From Candidatus Methylomirabilia bacterium (GTDB lineage Bacteria > Methylomirabilota > Methylomirabilia > Rokubacteriales > CSP1-6), in NCBI GenBank assembly GCA_041496385.1, contig JBGQEL010000002.1:32001-96000 (forward strand): DNA of 64,000 bases. Direction: 5' to 3'. The notes under the pieces are model-generated. The model was given only the letters and a program-made list of their open reading frames with translations, ran no database searches and had not been told where the DNA came from. The position numbers and the translations under genes were made by a program. This document shows, piece after piece, positions 1 through 9,583 of the stretch (the stretch's first letter is position 1; each line of letters opens with the position of its first letter).

Positions 1-1
1 C

Positions 2-97
2 GGCCCGGCGTCCGAGCGCGGCTGCTTCCGGGTACGATTCACGTTCGTGCCACCCGAGGTCGCCGCGGTCTTCTCGTCGCTGCTCCCGGCGATCTGA
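2..97 (+). CDS. 3' end of a CDS entering from the left edge (product unknown)
   Basis: Open frame from position 2 to TGA at 95-97 (...GCFRVRFTFVPPEVAAVFSSLLPAI*), converging on the hydrolase stop at 108. Confidence 0.35.
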   Translation, partial: GPASERGCFRVRFTFVPPEVAAVFSSLLPAI

Positions 98-107
98 CGC
101 GGCCCCC

Positions 108-986
108 TCACATCGTCTTCGGCAGGATGGCCGAGCCCGTCATCGAGTCGGCGCGCCGCCGCGGCCAGCGTCCGCCGTCCACCGCGGTGAGGAAGTCGAG
201 CACCGCCCGGTTGAAGAGATCGGGCTCCTCGAGGTTGATGGCGTGGCCCGACTTGGCGAGGACGACGAGGCCCGACGTCAGGATCGTGCGTTTCATGTAG
301 ATCCCGGGCTCGAGGCAGGGCTCGTCCTCGTCGCCGGTCATGATGAGCGTCGGCACGTCCAGCTTCGCCATCCGGTCGCCGAGGTCGAAGATGGACGGGC
401 GCAGCATCTGGACGCCGCGCAACGTGAGGGCGTGGCCCTGTGCCGAGCCGGCCGCGAGCCGGTCGTGGAACTCCTGCCAGCCGACGGGGTCCTTCTCGGC
501 GAACTGCACGCGCGTGGGCCCGCGCGCGTAGAACTCGGCGACGGCCGCCATGCCCTCCGTCTCGAGCCGGCGCGCCACCAGCTCGGAGTCGGCGCGATGC
601 TTGCCCTGGGCCTCGCTCCCGTAGCCCGCGCCGGCGACGACGAGCGAGAGCGCGCGCTCCGGATACGACAGCCCGAAGTGGAGCGTCGCGTAGCCGCCCA
701 TCGAGAGGCCAACGACGTGGGCCTTCGGGATCGCGAGGTGGTCGAGGACGCCCTTGATGTCGTCGGCGGCCTGCTGCTGCGAGTAGGTCTTGCCGTCGAG
801 CGGGACGTCGGAGGGCGGATAGCCGCGCGCGTTGAAGACGATCGTGCGGTAGCGGCGCGCGAAGAACCGGACCTGGGCTTGCCAGCTCCAGCAGTCACCC
901 GCGAACTCGTGGACGAACACGAGCGGCCCTCCGCCACCCGCTTCCTCGTAGTAGAGGTTCACGTCGCCGACCCTGGCCTTGGGCAT
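108..986 (-). CDS. Alpha/beta-fold hydrolase
   Basis: Nucleophile elbow VGLSMGG, N-terminal FVHEFAG, C-terminal GH catalytic His; RBS GGAGGG upstream. Confidence 0.9.
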   Translation of the reverse strand: MPKARVGDVNLYYEEAGGGGPLVFVHEFAGDCWSWQAQVRFFARRYRTIVFNARGYPPSDVPLDGKTYSQQQAADDIKGVLDHLAIPKAHVVGLSMGGYATLHFGLSYPERALSLVVAGAGYGSEAQGKHRADSELVARRLETEGMAAVAEFYARGPTRVQFAEKDPVGWQEFHDRLAAGSAQGHALTLRGVQMLRPSIFDLGDRMAKLDVPTLIMTGDEDEPCLEPGIYMKRTILTSGLVVLAKSGHAINLEEPDLFNRAVLDFLTAVDGGRWPRRRADSMTGSAILPKTM

Positions 987-1048
987 CGCTCACGTCCCTC
1001 CCTGGAACATCCCCGCGCCGCCTCGCCCGCTCGCCGCGCCCGCCGGGC

Positions 1049-1864
1049 TCAGCGCGCGACGGCCGCGCCGCCCTCGACGATCCGGACCTCGCGCTGCGGG
1101 AGGCCAGGGCCCACGCCGATCTGGCGGAACCGCTCGACGAGCGCGGCATAGAGCTCGCCCTCGGCGGAGCCGTAGTCCGGAACGCGCACCCACGGGTCCA
1201 CGCTGAGGGTGACCCCCGCGTCGCCGACCTTCACGATCCCCATGATCGCGACCGGGTCCTTGAGCACACGCGGGTTCGCGTCCACGACGCCGCGCGCCGC
1301 GCGGAGCACGCCCGCGAGGTCCGTGCCGTGGGGCACCGCGACGGCCAGGTGGAGCTGCCGGGTCGAGCCGAAGTTGTGGAGGATCTCGCCGACGATCTTG
1401 CGGTTCGGGATGACGACGCGCGAGCGATCGGTGTGCAAGAGCGTGGTCGAGAACAGCTCGACCGCGACCACCTCGCCGTGCACGTTGAGCAGCTCGATGT
1501 ACTCGCCGACGCGGAAGGGCTTGGTGAAGATGATCGTGAGTCCCGCCATGACGTTGCTGAGCACGCCCTGGAGCGCGAAGCCGACACCGATGCCGGCGAC
1601 ACCGATGCCGGCGACGAGGGGCGCGATCTGGAATCCGAACTTGTCGAGGGCCACGACGACCGCGAAGAGCAGGACGATCACCTTGACGGCGCGGACGATG
1701 AGCTTCCGCATCGGCGGCTCGATCGCCTTCCTCTCGAGCGCGCGGTCGGTGAGGCTTCCCGTCCACCGGGCGGCGATCGCGCCGACGACGAGAATGACGA
1801 TGGCGCCCAGGACCTGGAAGCCGTAGCGGATCACGAGATCGAGAATCAACTCGGTCGGTGGCAT
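1049..1864 (-). CDS. mscS: Small-conductance mechanosensitive channel (MscS family)
   Basis: TM helices then GIGVAGIGVGFALQGVLSN...KPFRVGEYIE and IPN motifs; ATG at 1864 with AAGGAG RBS. Confidence 0.9.
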   Translation of the reverse strand: MPPTELILDLVIRYGFQVLGAIVILVVGAIAARWTGSLTDRALERKAIEPPMRKLIVRAVKVIVLLFAVVVALDKFGFQIAPLVAGIGVAGIGVGFALQGVLSNVMAGLTIIFTKPFRVGEYIELLNVHGEVVAVELFSTTLLHTDRSRVVIPNRKIVGEILHNFGSTRQLHLAVAVPHGTDLAGVLRAARGVVDANPRVLKDPVAIMGIVKVGDAGVTLSVDPWVRVPDYGSAEGELYAALVERFRQIGVGPGLPQREVRIVEGGAAVAR

Positions 1865-1878
1865 GGCGGGCTCCTTCT

Positions 1879-2310
1879 CTACACCGCGAGCTCCGAGGTG
1901 CAGTGCGGGCAGCGCGTCGCCGGCAGCGGGATCGGCATCGCGCAGCGGCCGCACGCCTTCGTGGCCGACGGCGCGGAGGGCTTCGGAAAGAGGCGGTTCA
2001 CCTGCTTCACGAGCAGGAAAACGGCGAACGCGACGACGAGAAGGTTGATGATCGCGTTGAAGAAGAGCCCGTAGTTGAGCGTCGGCGCGCCGGCGGCCTT
2101 GGCGGCGGCGAGCGTGGAAAACGACTGGCCCGTCAGGCTGATGAACATGTGCGAGAAGTCCACCCGGCCGAGGAGGAGGCCGATCGGCGGCATGATCACG
2201 TCGCTGACGAGCGAGGTGACGATGCCGCCGAAGCTCGCGCCGATGACCACGCCGACGGCGAGATCGACGACGTTGCCGCGCATGATGAAGGCCTTGAACT
2301 CGTTCAGCAT
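1879..2310 (-). CDS. mscL: Large-conductance mechanosensitive channel with C-terminal Cys4 motif
   Basis: [24 protein letters not shown] signature; LNYGLF; tail CGRC...CPHC; AGGAG RBS. Confidence 0.95.
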   Translation of the reverse strand: MLNEFKAFIMRGNVVDLAVGVVIGASFGGIVTSLVSDVIMPPIGLLLGRVDFSHMFISLTGQSFSTLAAAKAAGAPTLNYGLFFNAIINLLVVAFAVFLLVKQVNRLFPKPSAPSATKACGRCAMPIPLPATRCPHCTSELAV

Positions 2311-2341
2311 GGCGTCTCCTGGTTGTGAGTCGGCCAGCGGC

Positions 2342-2351
2342 AGCATATCAT
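2342..2351. promoter_or_regulatory. Overlapping divergent -10 elements (TATCAT on +, TATGCT on -)
   Basis: TATCAT 2346-2351 lies 6 nt before GTG 2358 (leaderless spacing); reverse-strand TATGCT 2342-2347 faces mscL. Confidence 0.5.
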
Positions 2352-2357
2352 CAGGGC

Positions 2358-3878
2358 GTGTTCCGGCGCCTCGCCTCCGATCCGCGAAGCGCAGACGTCG
2401 GGCTCCTCGTCGCCAGCCTCGCGCTCTACGTCAAGACGCTCGCGCCGACCGTCTACATCTTCGACAGCGCCGAGCTGGCCGCGGGCGCGTACACCCTCGG
2501 GATCGTCCACGCCACCGGCTACCCGCTCTATCTCCTGCTCGCCAAGCTCTTCACGCTGCTCGTCCCGCTGGGTGACGTCGCGTGGCGCGTCAATCTCTTC
2601 TCGGCGCTCTGCGCGTCGCTGACGCTCGTGCTCCTCCGGCGGGTGATGTTCCTGCTGAGCGCCTCCCCCGCGAGCGCGCTGGCCGCCGCCGCGATGCTCG
2701 GCGTCTCGTACCCCTTCTGGTCGGAGGCCACGGCGGCGGAGGTGTACACGCTGCACGGCGTCTTCCTGACGGCGCTGCTCTGGCTCGCCCTGCGCTGGCG
2801 GGAGACCGGGCGGTCGCGACACATCCTGCTGCTCGCGCTGATGCTCGGGCTGAGCTTCGGCAATCACATGTCCACGTCGCTCCTCCTGCCCGCGCTCGCG
2901 TTCTTCGTCTGGCGCGTGGCGCGGGTCCACCCGATCACCCGTCGCGCGTGGATCGCCGCGCTCGGCCTGACCGCGCTCGGGCCGCTCACGTATCTCTACC
3001 TGCCGCTGCGCGACGCGGCCCAGCCCGCCGTGAACTACGCGCACACCCTGGGCGTCGACCTGCGGACTCTGGCGGGCGTCCTCTGGATGGTCCGCGGCAC
3101 CATGTTCGGCGAGTTCATGTTCGGCTTTGCGCCCGCGGAGATCCCGAGGGAGGTTCTCCGGTTCCTCGGCTTCTTCTGGGATAGCTTCCTCGGCGCCGGC
3201 GCCGCGGTGGCCGCGCTCGGCCTGCTCGATCAGTGGCGGCGCGACCGGGTCGCCGCGGGGACGCTCGGCCTCGTCTTCGTCGTCACGGCCGCGTTCTTCA
3301 TCGACTACCGCGTCCCCGACAACGACACGATGTTCCTGCCACCGCTCCTCGTCGGCGCGATCTGGATCGCCCTCGGCCTCGACGGCCTGCGCGACGTCCT
3401 CGCCCAGGCGCAGCGGCTGCGCGTGCCTCCGCGCGCGTTCCGCGGGGCGGCCGCCCTGCTCGTGGCGGCGATGCTGATCGCCAACTACACGCGCGTCGAT
3501 CTCTCGCGCTACGCGACGCCGCGCACGTACGCCGAGGGCGTGCTGGGTCACGTCCTGCCCGGCGCCTTCATCCTGGGCGGCTGGCTCAACATCACGCCGC
3601 TGCTCTATCTCAAGGCCGTCGAGGGCCGGCGCCCCGACGTGGAGCTGTTCGACTGGGGACTCTACGGCCTCGGGCACCGGGCCGCGCTGCGCGCACGGGG
3701 GGTGCCGAGGGACGAGGCGCTCGAGGACGCCCGGGACGAGGTGCGCCTGCGTGTCCGGCGCGAGCTTCTGACAGGCCGGCCCGTCTATACGCTCAACGAC
3801 GACGGCCTGCTGAGCCGGGACTTCACGCTGGTGCCGGAGGGCGACGTCCTCCGCGTGTGCGACGGCCCGTGCGACTGA
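2358..3878 (+). CDS. DUF2723/TMEM260-like GT-C membrane glycosyltransferase
   Basis: TLAPTV...DSAEL...[12 protein letters not shown]...RVNLFSA, AEVY and GNH motifs; many TM segments. Confidence 0.8.
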   Translation: MFRRLASDPRSADVGLLVASLALYVKTLAPTVYIFDSAELAAGAYTLGIVHATGYPLYLLLAKLFTLLVPLGDVAWRVNLFSALCASLTLVLLRRVMFLLSASPASALAAAAMLGVSYPFWSEATAAEVYTLHGVFLTALLWLALRWRETGRSRHILLLALMLGLSFGNHMSTSLLLPALAFFVWRVARVHPITRRAWIAALGLTALGPLTYLYLPLRDAAQPAVNYAHTLGVDLRTLAGVLWMVRGTMFGEFMFGFAPAEIPREVLRFLGFFWDSFLGAGAAVAALGLLDQWRRDRVAAGTLGLVFVVTAAFFIDYRVPDNDTMFLPPLLVGAIWIALGLDGLRDVLAQAQRLRVPPRAFRGAAALLVAAMLIANYTRVDLSRYATPRTYAEGVLGHVLPGAFILGGWLNITPLLYLKAVEGRRPDVELFDWGLYGLGHRAALRARGVPRDEALEDARDEVRLRVRRELLTGRPVYTLNDDGLLSRDFTLVPEGDVLRVCDGPCD

Positions 3879-3897
3879 GGCCCGGCGAGCGCGCAAC

Positions 3898-3927
3898 TTG
3901 CCTTTCCGCGCGGCGTCGAGTCATAAT
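3898..3927 (+). promoter_or_regulatory. Sigma70-type promoter, probably leaderless
   Basis: TTGCCT (3898-3903), 18 bp, CATAAT (3922-3927), then GTG at 3934 with no RBS. Confidence 0.5.
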
Positions 3928-3933
3928 CGCCGC

Positions 3934-4731
3934 GTGAAAATTCTCGTGCCGGCACTCCTCGCGCTCGTTCTCGCGCCCGGCACCGCCTGGGCCCAGGGGC
4001 CGGCCGCGGGCAAGGTGACCGGGGTCAACGGCGAGGCCGTCGCGACCGGCCCCGCGCGCGCCGCGCAGGTCGCGCTCAAGCCGGCCAACGACATCTTCCT
4101 GAGGGACAGGATCCAGACGTCCGAGCATTCGTTGCTCCGGATGCTCCTCGCGAGCAAGGCGGTCGTCACCGTCCGCGAGCTCTCCGTCGTGACCATCACG
4201 GAGGATATCAAGCAGATCGACCTCACCAGCGGCAAGATCGCCTACGGCGTCGTGCCGCAACGGACGCAGGCCCAGGCGTACGACATCAGGACGCCGAACG
4301 TCGTCGCCAGCATCCGGGGCACGCTCGTAGTCGTCGAGGTGCCGACGCAGCCGGCGGGCGGCCCCTCGCAGACCGACCTCCACAACGTGTCCGATCCCGC
4401 GAAGGAGCCCGCGTCCCTGGTGGAGGTCCGGTCTCGCTCCGGCTCGGGATCTCCCGTCACGCTCGGACCGCTGCAATCGCTCACCGTCGTCGGCAATCTC
4501 TTCGGCCAGATCCGCGTGCTCACGCGGGCGCAGGCGCTGAGGATCTCGGATCTGAAGCCCAAGGGCCAGGCGCCGCCCAGCCAGCCCCGCGGCGGGCCGC
4601 GGGGCGCGCAGGCGTCGAGCGATCTGGATGCTGCGAGAGGTGGTGCTCCGGGCGGGCTGAACACCCCGACGACCGTCCGGACGCCGGGACTGAATCCGGG
4701 GAATCAGATCGTCGGCGGCAGCTACAGGTAG
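3934..4731 (+). CDS. Secreted FecR-domain protein with low-complexity C-terminal tail
   Basis: Signal peptide ending AWA; DRIQT and IRTPNVVASIRGT FecR-type motifs; P/G/T-rich tail. Confidence 0.75.
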   Translation: MKILVPALLALVLAPGTAWAQGPAAGKVTGVNGEAVATGPARAAQVALKPANDIFLRDRIQTSEHSLLRMLLASKAVVTVRELSVVTITEDIKQIDLTSGKIAYGVVPQRTQAQAYDIRTPNVVASIRGTLVVVEVPTQPAGGPSQTDLHNVSDPAKEPASLVEVRSRSGSGSPVTLGPLQSLTVVGNLFGQIRVLTRAQALRISDLKPKGQAPPSQPRGGPRGAQASSDLDAARGGAPGGLNTPTTVRTPGLNPGNQIVGGSYR

Positions 4732-4751
4732 CCGACGGCGCCGGATCTTCG

Positions 4752-6341
4752 TCAGTAACGCCAGGAGAGGATCAGCGAGAAGACGCTCCGGCTGAGCGAG
4801 TAGAGCGGAACGTTCGAGTGGTTGACGATCCCCTGATACTCACCCGCCAGCGTCATGTTGAACGGCAGCGGCTTCTCGACGCGGACGACGTGGGTCTGCT
4901 CGGTGTCCTCCCGGGCCTTCGAGTTCGGATTGGCGGCGGGCAGGAGCGCGTGGTCGTTGACGTAGTCGCGCTGGTGCAGGTCGAAGTCGTACTTGAGCCG
5001 TAGCCCGCCCCAGGGCAGCGTGTACTGCCCGCCCGCGAGCAGCCGGTGACCGCGGTAGCTGTAGTCACGGCCGTCCGCGTTCTCGATGTCGAACTGGTAC
5101 CCGAGCCGCACGTAGTGCCGGTCGGCGGCGAACCGGAACACGTGAAGGCCGCCCACCATCCAGTTGTCCGCGCTCCGCTGCTCCGCGCGCACGGTGAGCG
5201 GGAGCTCGGAGAAGCTCTTGTCCTGGAAGCGGGCCTGCAGCGCCGTCAGGCTGCCCGCGTTCTCGACGAGCGTCGCGCTGGCGCTCACCGTGTGGCGGTC
5301 GAGAAACGCGTCGCCGTCGAGCAGCGTCGTGTCGAAGGCATAGTCGGCGACGAGCCGCAGCGGCATTCCGCCGAGCGCGCCCAGCCAGGCGCCGGAGAGA
5401 CCGAAGAGGTGGTTCGTGACGTCGAACTTCGGCAGGTCGTTGTAGAACACCTGGAAGAACGAGTACGAGACGCTCGATTCCCACGGCCCCGTCCTGAGCC
5501 ACGCGTAGTCCAGACGCAGGCCGAGGAGCTCGCCGATCGAGTGCTGGTCCCGCAGCTGCCGGACCGCCTCCGCGGTCGGATCGTGGCTGGGCCGGGGCAG
5601 GAGCGAGACGTTGGTGTCGTAGAGGAACCCCGCCCGGAGCTCGGCGTGGAAGCGCCGGCTGCGCTCCCGCGCGGTGGCCATCGTGTCCCGCAGCCGGTCC
5701 GCGACGCCCGTGAGCGCGGTGGCCGAGGGGATCCTGAGCGCCTGCTCCGCCTCCGCGGCGGCCTCCGGCGCTTCGCCCAGGCTGGCGAGCGCCAGGCTCG
5801 AGTAGAAGCGCGTGAGCTGCTGCGTGTCGGGGTCCGAGGACGTCGACGCGCGGAAGGCCTCGAGCGCGCCACGGTAGTCGCGCTTGTGATAGCGGACGAG
5901 ACCGACGTAGTAGCCGATCCCCTCGGTCTGCGGCGCGGCCTGGAGCACGCGGGTGAGCGGCGCCTCCGCCCGCTCGTAGTCCCGCCGCGTGACGTACGCC
6001 ACGCCGAGCTGGTAGAGGACGTTCAGGTCGTCGGGCGCCGCCGCGCGCGCCTTCTCGAGCGCCTCCGCGGCCTCGGCCGGCTTCCCTTGGGCGAGCAGGA
6101 CGAGACCCGTGTAGTAGAGCGCGTCGGCGTTGGCGGGATCCTGCGCGAGCGCCGCGCGCAGGAGAGTGAGCGCCTCGTCGTAGCGCTTGTCCTCGTACGC
6201 GAGCGCGGCCTCGGCCGTCGCGACCTCGGCCTCGGCCGACTGCTGGGCCGCGGCCGTGCCGATGCCGAAGCCGAGCGCCGCGACGGACGTGAGCACGCAG
6301 GCGAACGCCAGGAGGGCGCGCGCGGGAGTTCGAACGATCAC
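4752..6341 (-). CDS. TPR-repeat protein with C-terminal outer-membrane beta-barrel (Slam/DUF560-like)
   Basis: Signal peptide, several TPR repeats (ALYYTGLV, VLYQLGVAY, GYYVGLV), YDTNV motif, amphipathic strands, terminal LSWRY. Confidence 0.7.
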   Translation of the reverse strand: MIVRTPARALLAFACVLTSVAALGFGIGTAAAQQSAEAEVATAEAALAYEDKRYDEALTLLRAALAQDPANADALYYTGLVLLAQGKPAEAAEALEKARAAAPDDLNVLYQLGVAYVTRRDYERAEAPLTRVLQAAPQTEGIGYYVGLVRYHKRDYRGALEAFRASTSSDPDTQQLTRFYSSLALASLGEAPEAAAEAEQALRIPSATALTGVADRLRDTMATARERSRRFHAELRAGFLYDTNVSLLPRPSHDPTAEAVRQLRDQHSIGELLGLRLDYAWLRTGPWESSVSYSFFQVFYNDLPKFDVTNHLFGLSGAWLGALGGMPLRLVADYAFDTTLLDGDAFLDRHTVSASATLVENAGSLTALQARFQDKSFSELPLTVRAEQRSADNWMVGGLHVFRFAADRHYVRLGYQFDIENADGRDYSYRGHRLLAGGQYTLPWGGLRLKYDFDLHQRDYVNDHALLPAANPNSKAREDTEQTHVVRVEKPLPFNMTLAGEYQGIVNHSNVPLYSLSRSVFSLILSWRY

Positions 6342-6405
6342 CGAGCTTTTCTATCAGAGATCGGTCGGTCCTGTCCAGAACGGCGGACCCGCGCGCCCCT
6401 CCCCC

Positions 6406-7077
6406 TCAGCCGAGGTGCCGCTTCAGGAACTCCAGAGTCCGGGTGCGCGCCAGCGCGGCGCTCGCCGCGTGATAGCTCCCGCGCTCGTCGCAGTTGAAGC
6501 CGTGGCCCGCCGGGTAGACGTGCATCGGCAGCGACGGCTGGGCCGCCCGGATCCGGTCGTGGTGCTCCGTCGGGATCGACTGGTCCGTTTCGCCGAAGTG
6601 GAGCACCACGGGACATTTCGGATGCTCCTGCGCGGTGTCGGCGATGCCGCCGCCGTAGTAGCCCACCGCGCACGCGACGCCGTCGATGCGCGTGGCCGCG
6701 AGCCACGCGAGCGTACCACCGAGGCAGTAGCCCACGACGCCCACCTTGAGGCCCTCGGCCGCCAGCGCCTTCACGGCGGCCCGCACGTCCTGGACCATGT
6801 CCTCCAGCTGGATCTTCATGCGCACCGCGCGCCCGCGCTCGATGTCCTCGGGCTTGTAGCCGATCGAGAACTCGCGCTCGACCCGATCGAAGATGGCCGG
6901 CGCCAGCGCCACATAACCGTCCGCGGCGAAGCCGTCGGCGACCTTCCTGATGTGCGTGTTGACGCCGAAGATCTCCTGGATCACGACGACGCCGCCGCGC
7001 GGCGTGCCTGCGGGGGCCACGCGGTACGCGGCGAGCCGGTGGCTGTCCTCTGCGGTGAGCGTGAGCATCTCGGCCAT
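6406..7077 (-). CDS. Dienelactone hydrolase family protein
   Basis: IQEIFGVN, GYCLGG nucleophile, AGHGF; GGGAGA RBS before ATG 7077. Confidence 0.92.
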   Translation of the reverse strand: MAEMLTLTAEDSHRLAAYRVAPAGTPRGGVVVIQEIFGVNTHIRKVADGFAADGYVALAPAIFDRVEREFSIGYKPEDIERGRAVRMKIQLEDMVQDVRAAVKALAAEGLKVGVVGYCLGGTLAWLAATRIDGVACAVGYYGGGIADTAQEHPKCPVVLHFGETDQSIPTEHHDRIRAAQPSLPMHVYPAGHGFNCDERGSYHAASAALARTRTLEFLKRHLG

Positions 7078-7156
7078 GGTCTCCCTCCCGGGTGTCGTTT
7101 GGTGTCGGGTGGGGCTAAGATACGCGAGACTCGGCGGCATGCAAGGAGGTCGCGAG

Positions 7157-8242
7157 ATGGACCAGCAGAGCCAGAACCCGACGCCGCGCGAGCGCGTGTC
7201 GGCGGCCTACAAGGGCGGCCGCGCCGACCGCGTGCCCGCCTACCCGATCGCGGGTTCGTTCGCCGGCTGCCTCGACGGCCTCTCGATCGAGGAGTACTGC
7301 ACGAATCCGACCAAGGCCGCGAAGGCGATGCTGAACTACTACGAGCGGTACCAGCCCGACATCATGATCGCCTTCAACGATCTCGCCAAGGAGGCCGAGG
7401 CGCTCGGCTGCCGCGTGAAGTACTCCGACTACGTGGTCCCCTCGATCGACACGCACATCCTCCAGGACGATAAGGGCCGGCTCGCCCGCCTGGAGATCCC
7501 GGATCCGCGCAAGGACGGCCGGCTGCCGGCCTTCCTCGAGCAGTGCGAGGCGCTCTCCGCGGCGAAGCTCCCGAGCCCGCTGGGCGCCGTGCTCGTCGGG
7601 CCCTGGACGATCGCGATGCTGCTGCGCAACCCCGAGATCATGTGCCTCGACACGATCGACGACCCGGCGTTCGTGCACGCGCTCATGCGCTTCTCGACCG
7701 AGTACGCCAAGCGCTGGGGCGATGCGGTGCTGGCGACGAAGATCGGGCTCTCCTATACCGATCCGACCGCCTCGTGCTCGCTCGTCGGGCCCGAGACCTA
7801 CCGCGAGTTCATCAAGCCCTACCACCGGGAGATGGTGGACTACTTCCGGGCGAAGAAGGTCGGCACCACGATCCACATCTGCGGCACGACCCATCAGATC
7901 CACGAGGACCTGGTGGACGTCGGCTTCGTTGCGATCACGATCGACCTCGACCAGCAGGCGGACCCGCGCCTGAAGGTCGACCAGCTCGACAAGCTCGTCA
8001 CGCTCGGCAACGCGCGGGGCGTCGTCGCCGTCGGCAACGTGGACGCGACGATCTTCGAGCGGGCCACGCAGGCGGAGATCGAGGCCGAGGTGCGCCGCTG
8101 CATCGACACGGTCGGGCCGCGCTCGCGCTTCGTCCTCTCGACCTCGTGCGAGCTTCCGCCGCGCGCGAACCCCGACTGTGTGAAGTGGTTCATGGACGCG
8201 GCGCGCGAGTACGGGCGCTGGGAGCGCATCCTCGCGTCGTGA
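7157..8242 (+). CDS. Uroporphyrinogen decarboxylase-superfamily protein (MtaA/MtbA-like Zn methyltransferase type)
   Basis: TPRER...DRVP start, EAEALG, GPWT, Zn-type IHICG and C-terminal STSCE motifs, GNVD; AAGGAGG RBS. Confidence 0.8.
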   Translation: MDQQSQNPTPRERVSAAYKGGRADRVPAYPIAGSFAGCLDGLSIEEYCTNPTKAAKAMLNYYERYQPDIMIAFNDLAKEAEALGCRVKYSDYVVPSIDTHILQDDKGRLARLEIPDPRKDGRLPAFLEQCEALSAAKLPSPLGAVLVGPWTIAMLLRNPEIMCLDTIDDPAFVHALMRFSTEYAKRWGDAVLATKIGLSYTDPTASCSLVGPETYREFIKPYHREMVDYFRAKKVGTTIHICGTTHQIHEDLVDVGFVAITIDLDQQADPRLKVDQLDKLVTLGNARGVVAVGNVDATIFERATQAEIEAEVRRCIDTVGPRSRFVLSTSCELPPRANPDCVKWFMDAAREYGRWERILAS

Positions 8243-9213
8243 GCGTCGCCGTCTCGCTCATGCCGCTCGAGCACCGCCGCGAGACCATCCTGCGCCTCGC
8301 GACGGGCGCCGACCGGCTCGGTCTCGACGGCGTCTTCCTCCCCGAGACGTGGTCCTACGACGCCACGGTGCTCCTCGCCGAGATCGCGGCCCGCACCGAG
8401 CGCGTCGGCCTGGGCTCGGGCATCCTCGGCGTCTGGGGACGGAGCCCGGCGCAGATCGCGATGGCCGCCGCCACGCTCCACGACGTCTCGCGCGGGCGCT
8501 TCACGCTGGGGCTCGGCGCAAGCACCCGACAGCTCACGGAGGGGCTCCACGACGTGCCCTTCACCGCCCCGGTGCCGAAGCTGCGGAGCACCGTCGCGCA
8601 GGTGCGCGCGCTCCTCCGCGGCGAGCGGGTCCCGCTCGAGGCGATGCGGGACGCGCGGCCGCTGAAGCTGAACTTCCCGCCCGCCCCCGCCGTGCCGATC
8701 TATCTCGCCGGGCTCTCCGACGCGACCGTGCGGCTCGCCGGCGAGGTGGCGGACGGCTGGATCCCGTTCCTCTACCCGCGCTCGCGGCTGCGCGAGGCCG
8801 CGGCGCTCCTGCGCGCGGGGGCCGCGCGCGCCGGCCGCGCGGCCCTGCCGCCCATCGCGCCGTCCATCCCCGCGGTCATCGCCCCGGACGCCGCCGAGGC
8901 GCGCAAGGGCGCCGCGTGGTTCGTCACCTTCTACCTGACGTCCATGGGGCCGTTCTACCCCGACACCATTTCGCGACTCGGCTTCGCGAAGGAAGTCCGG
9001 GCCGTGCAGGCGGCCAACACGACCCGCGGCTCGGCGATCGTCCCGCCCGAGGCCGAGGCGCTCCTCGAGGAGCTGACCGTGTACGGCACGCCGGCCGAGG
9101 CGCGGGTGCGGCTCGCGCGCTGGCAGGAGGCTGGCGCCGCCCTCCCGATTCTCCTGCTGCCGCCGAACCTCGACGCCAGGCAGCTCGACTTCGCGCTCGA
9201 CGCGCTCCGCTGA
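8239..9213 (+). CDS. LLM-class flavin/F420-dependent oxidoreductase
   Basis: GTGA overlap with upstream stop; PETWSYD, GLGSGIL...RSPAQIAM, GRFTLGLG, AGEVADGW. Confidence 0.88.
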   Translation: MSVAVSLMPLEHRRETILRLATGADRLGLDGVFLPETWSYDATVLLAEIAARTERVGLGSGILGVWGRSPAQIAMAAATLHDVSRGRFTLGLGASTRQLTEGLHDVPFTAPVPKLRSTVAQVRALLRGERVPLEAMRDARPLKLNFPPAPAVPIYLAGLSDATVRLAGEVADGWIPFLYPRSRLREAAALLRAGAARAGRAALPPIAPSIPAVIAPDAAEARKGAAWFVTFYLTSMGPFYPDTISRLGFAKEVRAVQAANTTRGSAIVPPEAEALLEELTVYGTPAEARVRLARWQEAGAALPILLLPPNLDARQLDFALDALR

Positions 9214-9303
9214 GCCGGCGCGCGGCAGGGAAGATCACGGTAGAATATCCGCCGCGGGAGCCCGGCGTGGTGGTCGATCGCGGGCGCTCCGCAAGGAGAG
9301 ACC

Positions 9304-9579
9304 ATGAGAGCGATGCTCGTGCTGGTCACGGCCCTGTTCCTGGCGGGCTGCACCCTCGACCTCGAGGCGGCGAAGTGGACGAAGCCCGCCATGATGGCTC
9401 AGCAGGTGACGGCGAGCGAGATCGAGTGCGCGCGCCAGACGTTCGAGATCGGACCCGGCCCCGATCTCGTCGTGGGCGGGCTCGTAGACGTCGGCCGCCT
9501 CTTTCTGCTCGAGACGCGGCAGGCCCGCGCCTTCGACGCCTGCATGATCTCGCGGGGCTACGCGCGGGTCGGCGAGTAG
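9304..9579 (+). CDS. Small hypothetical lipoprotein
   Basis: Lipobox LAGC, WTKP...C...CMxxRGY pattern; AAGGAGA RBS; TAGAAT -10 at 9241-9246. Confidence 0.75.
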   Translation: MRAMLVLVTALFLAGCTLDLEAAKWTKPAMMAQQVTASEIECARQTFEIGPGPDLVVGGLVDVGRLFLLETRQARAFDACMISRGYARVGE

Positions 9580-9583
9580 GATC

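Noticed and set aside
7157..8242. hemE (uroporphyrinogen decarboxylase)
   Set aside because: Lacks the N-terminal RQAGR motif and has Zn-methyltransferase-type HxC...C ligands
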